64,000 nt of DNA, from the NCBI GenBank assembly GCA_964016885.1, contig OZ024760.1:17546001-17610000 (forward strand), in the 5' to 3' direction. The notes below the pieces were generated by a model. That model worked only from the letters and a program-made list of their open reading frames with translations, searched no databases and was not told the origin of the DNA. This DNA is from Eledone cirrhosa (lineage: Eukaryota). Position numbers and translations under genes: made by a program. Positions 1-10,519 of the stretch are shown here, piece by piece; position 1 is the stretch's first letter, and each line of letters opens with the position of its first letter.

Positions 1-699
1 AGGGGAGATAATTTGTAAAAAAAATCAAAGGGAGATAATTTCCAGCCGTCCAAAGAGAGATAATTTCTAGCCGTCCAAGGGGAGATAATTTCGAGCCAAG
101 GGGAGATAATTTCCAGCCGTCCAAGGGGAGATAATTTTTTAAAAAATCAGGTGGAGATAATTTGTAAAAAAAATCAGGGGGAGATAATTTGTAAAAACAA
201 AATCAAGGGCAGATAATTTCCAGCTGTCCAAGGGGAGATAATTTCCAGCCGTGCAAGGGGAGATAATTTCCAGCCGTCCAAGGGGAGATAATTTCCATCC
301 TTCCAAGGGGAGATAATTTCCAGCCGTCCAAGGGGAGATAATTTCCCGCCAGCCAAGGGAAGATAATTTTTTAAAAAATCTGGCGGAGATTGTAAAAAAA
401 ATCAGGGGGAGGTAATTTGTAAAAAAAAATCAGGGGGAGATAATTTGTAAAAAAAATCAGGGGTAGATAATTTGTAAAAAAAATCAGGGGGAGATAATTT
501 GTAAAAAAAAATCAGGGGGAGATAATTTGTAAAAAAAATCAAGGGGAGATAATTTGCAGCCGTCCGAGGGGAGATAATTTTCAGCCGTCCAAGGAGAGGT
601 AATTTCTAGCCGTCCAAGGGGAGATAATTTCCAGCCGTCCAAGGGGAGATAATTTCCAGCCGTCCAAGGGGAGATAATTTTTTTAAAAAAATCAGGGAG

Positions 700-3600
700 A
701 TAATTTGTAAAAAAAAAATCAGGGGGAGATAATTTGTAAAAAAAAATCAGGGTGAGATAATTTGTAAAAAAAAATCAGGGGGAGATAATTTGTAAAAAAA
801 ATCAAGGGGAGATAATTTCCAGCCGTCCAAGGGAAGATAATTTCCAGCCCTTCAAGGGGCTATAATTTCCAGCGTCCAAGGGGAGATAATTTCCAGCCAG
901 CGAAGGGGAGATAATTCTTTTTAAGAATTCATTGGGAGATTTGTAAAAAAAATCAGGGGGAGATAATTTGTAAAAAAAATCAAGGGGAGATAATTTCCAG
1001 CCGTCCAAGGGGAGGTAATATCTAGCCGTCCAAGGGGAGATAATTTCGAGCCGTGCAAGGGGAGATCATTTCCAGCCGTCCAAGTGTAGATAATATCCAG
1101 CCGTCCAAGGAGACATATTTTCCAGCCGTCCAAGGAGAGGTAATTTCTAGCCGTCCAAAGGGAGATAAATTCCAGCCTCCAAGGGGAGATAATTTCCAGC
1201 CAGCCAAGGGTAGATAATTTGTAAAAAGATCAGGGGGAGATAATCTGTAAAAAAAATCAGGGGGAGATAATTTGTAAAAAAAAATCAGGGGGAGATAATT
1301 TATAAAAAAAAATCAGGGGGAGATAATTTGTAAAAAAAAATCAGGGGGAGATAATTTGTAAAAAAAATCAAGGGGAGATAATTTCCAGCCGTCCAAGGGG
1401 AGATAATTTTCAGCCGTCCAAGGGGAGATAATTTCCCGCCAGCCAAGGGAAGACAATATTTTAAAAAATCAGGCGGAGATAATTTGTAAAAAAAATCAGG
1501 GGGAGATAATTTGTAAAAAAATCAGGGGGAGATAATTTGTAAAAAAAATCAGGGGTAGATAATTTGTAAAAAAAAATAAGGGGGAGATAATTTGTAAAAA
1601 AAAATCAGGGGGAGATAATTTGTAAAAAAAATCAAGGGGAGATAATTTGTAAAAAAAATCAAGGGGAGATAATTTCCAGCCGTCCAAGGGAAGATAATTT
1701 TTTAAAAAATCAGGCGGAGATTGTAAAAAAAATCAGGGGGAGGTAATTTGTAAAAAAAAATCAGGGGGAGATAATTTGTAAAAAAAATCAGGGGTAGATA
1801 ATTTGTAAAAAAAATCAGGGGGAGATAATTTGTAAAAAAAAATCAGGGGGAGATAATTTGTAAAAAAAATCAAGGGGAGATAATTTGCAGCCGTCCAAGG
1901 GGAGATAATTTTCAGCCGTCCAAGGAGAGGTAATTTCTAGCCGTCCAAGGGGAGATAATTTCCAGCCGTCCAAGGGGAGATAATTTCCAGCCGTCCAAGG
2001 GGAGATAATTTTTTTAAAAAAATCAGGCGGAGATAATTTGTAAAAAAAAAATCAGGGGGAGATAATTTGTAAAAAAAAATCAGGGTGAGATAATTTGTAA
2101 AAAAAAATCAGGGGGAGATAATTTGTAAAAAAAATCAAGGGGAGATAATTTCCAGCCGTCCAAGGGAAGATAATTTCCAGCCCTCCAAGGGGCTATAATT
2201 TCCAGCGTCCAAGGGGAGATAATTTCCAGCCAGCGAAGGGGAGATAATTTTTTTTAAAAATCATTGGGAGATTTGTAAAAAAAATCAGGGGGAGATAATT
2301 TGTAAAAAAAATCAAGGGGAGATAATTTCCAGCCGTCCAAGGGGAGGTAATATCTAGCCGTCCAAGGGGAGATAATTTCCAGCCGTGCAAGGGGAGATAA
2401 TTTCCAGCCGTCCAAGTTTAGATAATATCCAGCCGTCCAAGGAGACATATTTTCCAGCCGTCCAAGGAGAGGTAATTTCTAGCCGTCCAAAGGGAGATAA
2501 ATTCCAGCCTCCAAGGGGAGATAATTTCCAGCCAGCCAAGGGGAGATAATTTGTAAAAAGATCAGGGGGAGAGAATTTGTAAAAAAAATCAGGGGGAGAT
2601 AATTTGTAAAAAAAAATCAGGGGGAGATAATTTGTAAAAAAAAATCAGGGGGAGATAATTTGTAAAAAAAAATCAGGGGGAGATAATTTGTAAAAAAAAT
2701 CAAGGGGAGATAATTTCCAGCCGTCCAAGGGGAGATAATTTTCAGCCGTCCAAGGGGAGATAATTTCCCGCCAGCCAAGGGAAGATAATATTTAAAAAAA
2801 TCAGGCGGAGATAATTTGTAAAAAAAATCAGGGGGAGATAATTTGTAAAAAAATCAGGGGGAGATAATTTGTAAAAAAAATCAGGGGTAGATAATTTGTA
2901 AAAAAAAATAAGGGGGAGATAATTTGTAAAAAAAATCAGGGGGAGATAATTTGTAAAAAAAATCAAGGGGAGATAATTTGTAAAAAAAATCAAGGGGAGA
3001 TAATTTCCAGCCGTCCAAGGGAAGATAATTTTTTAAAAAATCAGGCGGAGATTGTAAAAAAAATCAGGGGGAGGTAATTTGTAAAAAAAAATCAGGGGGA
3101 GATAATTTGTAAAAAAAATCAGGGGTAGATAATTTGTAAAAAAAATCAAGGGGAGATAATTTGTAAAAAAAAATCAGGGGGAGATAATTTGTAAAAAAAA
3201 TCAAGGGGAGATAATTTGCAGCCGTCCAAGGGGAGATAATTTTCAGCCGTCCAAGGAGAGGTAATTTCTAGCCGTCCAAGGGGAGATAATTTCCAGCCGT
3301 CCAAGGGGAGATAATTTCCAGCCGTCCAAGGGGAGATAATTTTTTTAAAAAAATCAGGCGGAGATAATTTGTAAAAAAAAAATCAGGGGGAGATAATTTG
3401 TAAAAAAAAATCAGGGTGAGATAATTTGTAAAAAAAAATCAGGGGGAGATAATTTGTAAAAAAAATCAAGGGGAGATAATTTCCAGCCGTCCAAGGGAAG
3501 ATAATTTCCAGCCCTCCAAGGGGCTATAATTTCCAGCGTCCAAGGGGAGATAATTTCCAGCCAGCGAAGGGGAGATAATTTTTTAAAAAAATCATTGGGA

Positions 3601-6570
3601 GATTTGTAAAAAAAATCAGGGGGAGATAATTTGTAAAAAAAATCAAGGGGAGATAATTTCCAGCCGTCCAAGGGGAGGTAATATCTAGCCGTCCAAGGGG
3701 AGATAATTTCCAGCCGTGCAAGGGGAGATAATTTCCAGCCGTCCAAGTTTAGATAATATCCAGCCGTCCAAGGTCACATATTTTCCAGCCGTCCAAGGAG
3801 AGGTAATTTCTAGCCGTCCAAAGGGAGATAAATTCCAGCCTCCAAGGGGAGATAATTTCCAGCCAGCCAAGGGGAGATAATTTGTAAAAAGATCAGGGGG
3901 AGATAATTTGTAAAAAAAATCAGGGGGAGATAATTTGTAAAAAAAAATCAGGGGGAGATAATTTGTAAAAAAAAATCAGGGGGAGATAATTTGTAAAAAA
4001 AAATCAGGGGGAGATAATTTGTAAAAAAAATCAAGGGGAGATAATTTCCAGCCGTCCAAGGGGAGATAATTTTCAGCCGTCCAAGGGGAGATAATTTCCC
4101 GCCAGCCAAGGGAAGATAATATTTAAAAAAATCAGGCGGAGATAATTTGTAAAAAAAATCAGGGGGAGATAATTTGTAAAAAAATCAGGGGGAGATAATT
4201 TGTAAAAAAAAATCAGGGGTAGATAATTTGTAAAAAAAATAAGGGGGAGATAATTTGTAAAAAAAATCAGGGGGAGATAATTTGTAAAAAAAATCAAGGG
4301 GAGATAATTTGTAAAAAAAAAATCAGGGGGAGATAATTTGTAAAAAAAAATCAGGGTGAGATAATTTGTAAAAAAAAATCAGGGGGAGATAATTTGTAAA
4401 AAAAATCAAGGGGAGATAATTTCCAGCCGTCCAAGGGAAGATAATTTCCAGCCCTCCAAGGGGCTATAATTTCCAGCGTCCAAGGGGAGATAATTTCCAG
4501 CCAGCGAAGGGGAGATAATTTTTTTTAAAAATCATTGGGAGATTTGTAAAAAAAATCAGGGGGAGATAATTTGTAAAAAAAATCAAGGGGAGATAATTTC
4601 CAGCCGTCCAAGGGGAGGTAATATCTAGCCGTCCAAGGGGAGATAATTTCCAGCCGTGCAAGGGGAGATAATTTCCAGCCGTCCAAGTTTAGATAATATC
4701 CAGCCGTCCAAGGAGACATATTTTCCAGCCGTCCAAGGAGAGGTAATTTCTAGCCGTCCAAAGGGAGATAAATTCCAGCCTCCAAGGGGAGATAATTTCC
4801 AGCCAGCCAAGGGGAGATAATTTGTAAAAAGATCAGGGGGAGAGAATTTGTAAAAAAAATCAGGGGGAGATAATTTGTAAAAAAAAATCAGGGGGAGATA
4901 ATTTGTAAAAAAAAATCAGGGGGAGATAATTTGTAAAAAAAAATCAGGGGGAGATAATTTGTAAAAAAAATCAAGGGGAGATAATTTCCAGCCGTCCAAG
5001 GGGAGATAATTTTCAGCCGTCCAAGGGGAGATAATTTCCCGCCAGCCAAGGGAAGATAATATTTAAAAAAATCAGGCGGAGATAATTTGTAAAAAAAATC
5101 AGGGGGAGATAATTTGTAAAAAAATCAGGGGGAGATAATTTGTAAAAAAAATCAGGGGTAGATAATTTGTAAAAAAAAATAAGGGGGAGATAATTTGTAA
5201 AAAAAATCAGGGGGAGATAATTTGTAAAAAAAATCAAGGGGAGATAATTTGTAAAAAAAATCAAGGGGAGATAATTTCCAGCCGTCCAAGGGAAGATAAT
5301 TTTTTAAAAAATCAGGCGGAGATTGTAAAAAAAATCAGGGGGAGGTAATTTGTAAAAAAAAATCAGGGGGAGATAATTTGTAAAAAAAATCAGGGGTAGA
5401 TAATTTGTAAAAAAAATCAGGGGGAGATAATTTGTAAAAAAAAATCAGGGGGAGATAATTTGTAAAAAAAATCAAGGGGAGATAATTTGCAGCCGTCCAA
5501 GGGGAGATAATTTTCAGCCGTCCAAGGAGAGGTAATTTCTAGCCGTCCAAGGGGAGATAATTTCCAGCCGTCCAAGGGGAGATAATTTCCAGCCGTCCAA
5601 GGGGAGATAATTTTTTTAAAAAAATCAGGCGGAGATAATTTGTAAAAAAAAAATCAGGGGGAGATAATTTGTAAAAAAAAATCAGGGTGAGATAATTTGT
5701 AAAAAAAAATCAGGGGGAGATAATTTGTAAAAAAAATCAAGGGGAGATAATTTCCAGCCGTCCAAGGGAAGATAATTTCCAGCCCTCCAAGGGGCTATAA
5801 TTTCCAGCGTCCAAGGGGAGATAATTTCCAGCCAGCGAAGGGGAGATAATTTTTTAAAAAAATCATTGGGAGATTTGTAAAAAAAATCAGGGGGAGATAA
5901 TTTGTAAAAAAAATCAAGGGGAGATAATTTCCAGCCGTCCAAGGGGAGGTAATATCTAGCCGTCCAAGGGGAGATAATTTCCAGCCGTGCAAGGGGAGAT
6001 AATTTCCAGCCGTCCAAGTTTAGATAATATCCAGCCGTCCAAGGTCACATATTTTCCAGCCGTCCAAGGAGAGGTAATTTCTAGCCGTCCAAAGGGAGAT
6101 AAATTCCAGCCTCCAAGGGGAGATAATTTCCAGCCAGCCAAGGGGAGATAATTTGTAAAAAGATCAGGGGGAGATAATTTGTAAAAAAAATCAGGGGGAG
6201 ATAATTTGTAAAAAAAAATCAGGGGGAGATAATTTGTAAAAAAAAATCAGGGGGAGATAATTTGTAAAAAAAAATCAGGGGGAGATAATTTGTAAAAAAA
6301 ATCAAGGGGAGATAATTTCCAGCCGTCCAAGGGGAGATAATTTTCAGCCGTCCAAGGGGAGATAATTTCCCGCCAGCCAAGGGAAGATAATATTTAAAAA
6401 AATCAGGCGGAGATAATTTGTAAAAAAAATCAGGGGGAGATAATTTGTAAAAAAATCAGGGGGAGATAATTTGTAAAAAAAAATCAGGGGTAGATAATTT
6501 GTAAAAAAAATAAGGGGGAGATAATTTGTAAAAAAAATCAGGGGGAGATAATTTGTAAAAAAAATCAAGG
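700..6570 (+). repeat. ~1.33-kb higher-order unit, five starts (spacings 1332, 1331, 940, 1331 bp)
   Basis: Marker GGGGCTATAATTTCCAGCGTCC...CAGCGAAGG...TCATTGGGAGATTTGT recurs near 860, 2192, 3523, 4463 and 5794. Repeated at +14362. Confidence 0.9.
2029..6570 (+). repeat. 2,271-bp tandem duplication (2029-4299 / 4300-6570); second instance at 16391-20932
   Basis: ORF offsets 2193->4464, 2742->5013 and 3411->5682 all equal 2271. Private markers AAGGTCACAT (~3770/6041) and GGAGAGAATTTG (~2568/4839). Confidence 0.93.
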
Positions 6571-6593
6571 GGAGATAATTTGTAAAAAAAATC

Positions 6594-6718
6594 AAGGGGA
6601 GATAATTTCCAGCCGTCCAAGGGGAGATAATTTTCAGCCGTCCAAGGAGAGGTAATTTCAAGCCGTCCAAGGGGAGATAATTTCCAGCCGTCCAAGGGGA
6701 GATAATTTCCAGCCGTCC
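6594..6718 (+). repeat. Example of A-block 'beta': 5 type-A monomers, followed by a T7A7 junction unit
   Basis: Fixed order CCAG, TCAG, AAGGAGAGGT..CAAG (or CTAG), CCAG, CCAG, then TTTTTTTAAAAAAATCAG(G/T)CGG. Recurs throughout the window. Confidence 0.9.
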
Positions 6719-7173
6719 AAGGGGAGATAATTTTTTTAAAAAAATCAGGCGGAGATAATTTGTAAAAAAAATCAGGGGGAGATAATTTGTAAAAAAAAAT
6801 CAGGGGGAGATAATTTGTAAAAAAAATCAGGGGGAGATAATTTGTAAAAAAAAATCAGGGGGAGATAATTTGTAAAAAAAATCAAGGGGAGATAATTTCC
6901 AGCCGTCCAAGGGGAGATAATTTTCAGCCGTCCAAGGGGAGATAATTTCCCGCCAGCCAAGGGAAGATAATATTTAAAAAAATCAGGATGATAATTTGTA
7001 AAAAAAATCAGGGGGAGATAATTTGTAAAAAAATCAGGGGGAGATAATTTGTAAAAAAAAATCAGGGGTAGATAATTTGTAAAAAAAAATCAGGGGGAGA
7101 TAATTTGTAAAAAAAAATCAGGGGGAGATAATTTGTAAAAAAAATCAAGGGGAGATAATTTGTAAAAAAAATC

Positions 7174-7447
7174 AAGGGGAGATAATTTCCAGCCGTCCAA
7201 GGGGAGATAATTTTCAGCCGTCCAAGGAGAGGTAATTTCAAGCCGTCCAAGGGGAGATAATTTCCAGCCGTCCAAGGGGAGATAATTTCCAGCCGTCCAA
7301 GGGGAGATAATTTCCAGCCGTCCAAGGGTAGATAAAATCCAGCCGTCCAAGGAGACATATTTGCCAACCGTCCAAGGAGAGGTAATTTCTAGCCGTCCAA
7401 AGGGAGATAAATTCCAGCCTCCAAGGGGAGATAATTTCCAGCCAGCC
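7174..7447 (+). repeat. Example of A-block 'gamma': 11 type-A monomers (one of 24 bp) with a fixed variant series
   Basis: GGGTAGATAA(A/T)ATCC, AAGGAGACATATTT, AAGGAGAGGTAATTTCTAG, AAAGGGAGATAAATTCCAGCCTCC, CCAGCCAGCC. Same order in dozens of copies. Confidence 0.9.
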
Positions 7448-7611
7448 AAGGGGAGATAATTTGTAAAAAAATCAGGGGGAGATAATTTGTAAAAAAAATC
7501 AGGGGGAGATAATTTGTAAAAAAAAATCAGGGGGAGATAATTTGTAAAAAAAAATCAGGGGGAGATAATTTGTAAAAAAAAATCAGGGGGAGATAATTTG
7601 TAAAAAAAATC
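7448..7611 (+). repeat. Example of B-run: six A-tract monomers (A7,8,9,9,9,8)
   Basis: 164 bp = 26+27+28+28+28+27. Confidence 0.9.
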
Positions 7612-7686
7612 AAGGGGAGATAATTTCCAGCCGTCCAAGGGGAGATAATTTTCAGCCGTCCAAGGGGAGATAATTTCCCGCCAGCC
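7612..7686 (+). repeat. Example of A-block 'alpha': 3 type-A monomers ending CCCGCCAGCC
   Basis: CCAG (or CCAC), TCAG, CCCGCCAGCC, then AAGGG(A/G)AGATAATATTTAAAAAAATC. Recurs throughout. Confidence 0.9.
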
Positions 7687-10120
7687 AAGGGAAGATAATA
7701 TTTAAAAAAATCAGGGGGAGATAATTTGTAAAAAAAATCAAGGGGAGATAATTTGTAAAAAAATCAAGGGGAGATAATTTCCAGCCGTATAAGGGGAGAT
7801 AATTTTCAGCCGTCCAAGGAGAGGTAATTTCAAGCCGTCCAAGGGGAGATAATTTCCAGCCGTCCAAGGGGAGATAATTTCCCGCCAGCCAAGGGAAGAT
7901 AATATTTAAAAAAATCAGGATGATAATTTGTAAAAAAAATCAGGGGGAGATAATTTGTAAAAAAATCAGGGGGAGATAATTTGTAAAAAAAATCAGGGGT
8001 AGATAATTTGTAAAAAAAAATCAGGGGGAGATAATTTGTAAAAAAAAATCAGGGGGAGATAATTTGTAAAAAAAATCAAGGGGAGATAATTTGTAAAAAA
8101 AATCAAGGGGAGATAATTTCCAGCCGTCCAAGGGGAGATAATTTTCAGCCGTCCAAGGAGAGGTAATTTCAAGCCGTCCAAGGGGAGATAATTTCCAGCC
8201 GTCCAAGGGGAGATAATTTCCAGCCTTCCAAGGGGAGATAATTTCCAGCCGTCCAAGGGTAGATAAAATCCAGCCGTCCAAGGAGACATATTTGCCAGCC
8301 GTCCAAGGAGAGGTAATTTCTAGCCGTCCAAAGGGAGATAAATTCCAGCCTCCAAGGGGAGATAATTTCCAGCCAGCCAAGGGGAGATAATTTGTAAAAA
8401 GATCAGGGGGAGATAATTTGTAAAAAAAATCAGGGGGAGATAATTTGTAAAAAAAAATCAGGGGGAGATAATTTGTAAAAAAAAAATCAGGGGGAGATAA
8501 TTTGTAAAAAAAAATCAGGGGGAGATAATTTGTAAAAAAAATCAAGGGGAGATAATTTCCAGCCGTCCAAGGGGAGATAATTTTCAGCCGTCCAAGGGGA
8601 GATAATTTCCCGCCAGCCAAGGGAAGATAATATTTAAAAAAATCAGGGGGAGATAATTTGTAAAAAAAATCAAGGGGAGATAATTTGTAAAAAAAATCAA
8701 GGGGAGATAATTTCCAGCCGTCCAAGGGGAGATAATTTTCAGCCGTCCAAGGAGAGGTAATTTCAAGCCGTCCAAGGGGAGATAATTTCCAGCCGTCCAA
8801 GGGGAGATAATTTCCAGCCGTCCAAGGGGAGATAATTTTTTTAAAAAAATCAGTCGGAGATAATTTGTAAAAAAAATCAGGGGGAGATAATTTGTAAAAA
8901 AAAATCAGGGGGAGATAATTTGTAAAAAAAAATCAGGGGGAGATAATTTGTAAAAAAAAATCAGGGGGAGATAATTTGTAAAAAAAATCAAGGGGAGATA
9001 ATTTCCAGCCGTCCAAGGGGAGATAATTTTCAGCCGTCCAAGGGGAGATAATCTCCCGCCAGCCAAGGGGAGATAATATTTAAAAAAATCTGGCGGAGAT
9101 AATTTGTAAAAAAAATCAGGGGGAGATAATTTGTAAAAAAATCAGGGGGAGATAATTTGTAAAAAAAAATCAGGGGTAGATAATTTGTAAAAAAAAATCA
9201 GGGGAGATAATTTGTAAAAAAAAATCAGGGGGAGATAATTTGTAAAAAAAATCAAGGGGAGATAATTTGTAAAAAAAATCAAGGGGAGATAATTTCCAGC
9301 CGTCCAAGGGGAGATAATTTTCAGCCGTCCAAGGAGAGGTAATTTCAAGCCGTCCAAGGGGAGATAATTTCCAGCCGTCCAAGGGGAGATAATTTCCAGC
9401 CGTCCAAGGGGAGATAATTTCCAGCCGTCCAAGGGGAGATAATTTCCCGCCAGCCAAGGGAAGATAATATTTAAAAAAATCAGGCGGAGATAATTTGTAA
9501 AAAAAATCAGGGGGAGATAATTTGTAAAAAAATCAGGGGAGATAATTTGTAAAAAAAAATCAGGTGTAGATAATTTGTAAAAAAAAATCAGGGGGAGATA
9601 ATTTGTAAAAAAAAATCAGGGGGAGATAATTTGTAAAAAAAATCAAGGGGAGATAATTTGTAAAAAAAATCAAGGGGAGATAATTTCCAGCGGTCCAAGG
9701 GAAGATAATTTTTTAAAAAATCAGGCGGAGATTGTAAAAAAAATCAGGGGGAGGTAATTTGTAAAAAAAAATCACGGGGAGATAATTTGTAAAAAAAATC
9801 AGGGGGAGATAATTTGTAAAAAAAAATCAGGGGGAGATAATTTGTAAAAAAAATCAAGGGGAGATAATTTGCAGCCGTCCAAGGGGAGATAATTTTCAGC
9901 CGTCCAAGGAGAGGTAATTTCTAGCCGTCCAAGGGGAGATAATTTCCAGCCGTCCAAGGGGAGATAATTTCCAGCCGTCCAAGGGAAGATAATTTTTTTA
10001 AAAAAATCAGGCGGAGATAATTTGTAAAAAAAAAATCAGGGGGAGATAATTTGTAAAAAAAAATCAGGGGGAGATAATTTGTAAAAAAAAATCAGGGGGA
10101 GATAATTTGTAAAAAAAATC

Positions 10121-10519
10121 AAGGGGAGAAAATTTCCAGCCGTCCAAGGGAAGATAATTTCCAGCCCTCCAAGGGGCTATAATTTCCAGCCGTCCAAGGG
10201 GAGGTAATATCTAGCCGTCCAAGGGGAGATAATTTCCAGCCGTCCAAGGGGAGATAATTTCCAGCCGTTCAAGGGTAGATAATATCCAGCCGTCCAAGGA
10301 GACATATTTTCCAGCCGTCCAAGGAGAGGTAATTTCTAGCCGTCCAAAGGGAGGTAATTTCCAGCCGTCCAAGGGGAGATAATTTCCAGCCGTCCAAGGG
10401 TAGATAATATCCAGCCGTCCAAGGAGACATATTTTCCAGCCGTCCAAGGAGAGGTAATTTCTAGCCGTCCAAAGGGAGATAAATTCCAGCCTCCAAGGGG
10501 AGATAATTTCCAGCCAGCC
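10121..10519 (+). repeat. Longest type-A run seen (16 monomers), containing a 125-bp (5-monomer) internal duplication
   Basis: AAGGGTAGATAATATCC...AAGGAGACATATTTT at 10271 and 10396. Related runs near 24821, 30650, 44435 and 56005. Confidence 0.88.

Larger units (their letters stand above)
6921..8800 (+). repeat. ~932-bp tandem duplication; second instance at +14362
   Basis: CAGGATGATAATTT marker at 6984 and 7916. ORF offsets 7062->7993 (931) and 7652->8584 (932). Confidence 0.85.

Noticed and set aside
1108-1120. AAGGAGACATAT resembles a Shine-Dalgarno/T7 gene 10 leader
   Set aside because: It is a point variant of the box, is not followed by a start codon or ORF, and recurs in every gamma block.
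7448-7611. Phased A-tract bent DNA (kinetoplast-like)
   Set aside because: The 26-28-bp period is ~2.5-2.7 helical turns, so successive A-tracts are out of phase and planar curvature should largely cancel.
8021-8800. Longest minus-strand ORF (259 aa) and all similar ORFs (KLSPLGRLEIISPWTAGNYLPLDGW / IFFTNYLPL)
   Set aside because: These are translations of the satellite. The minus-strand consensus has few stops, the starts appear to be mostly TTG/CTG, overlapping frames give the same peptides, and homologous copies differ by frameshifting indels.
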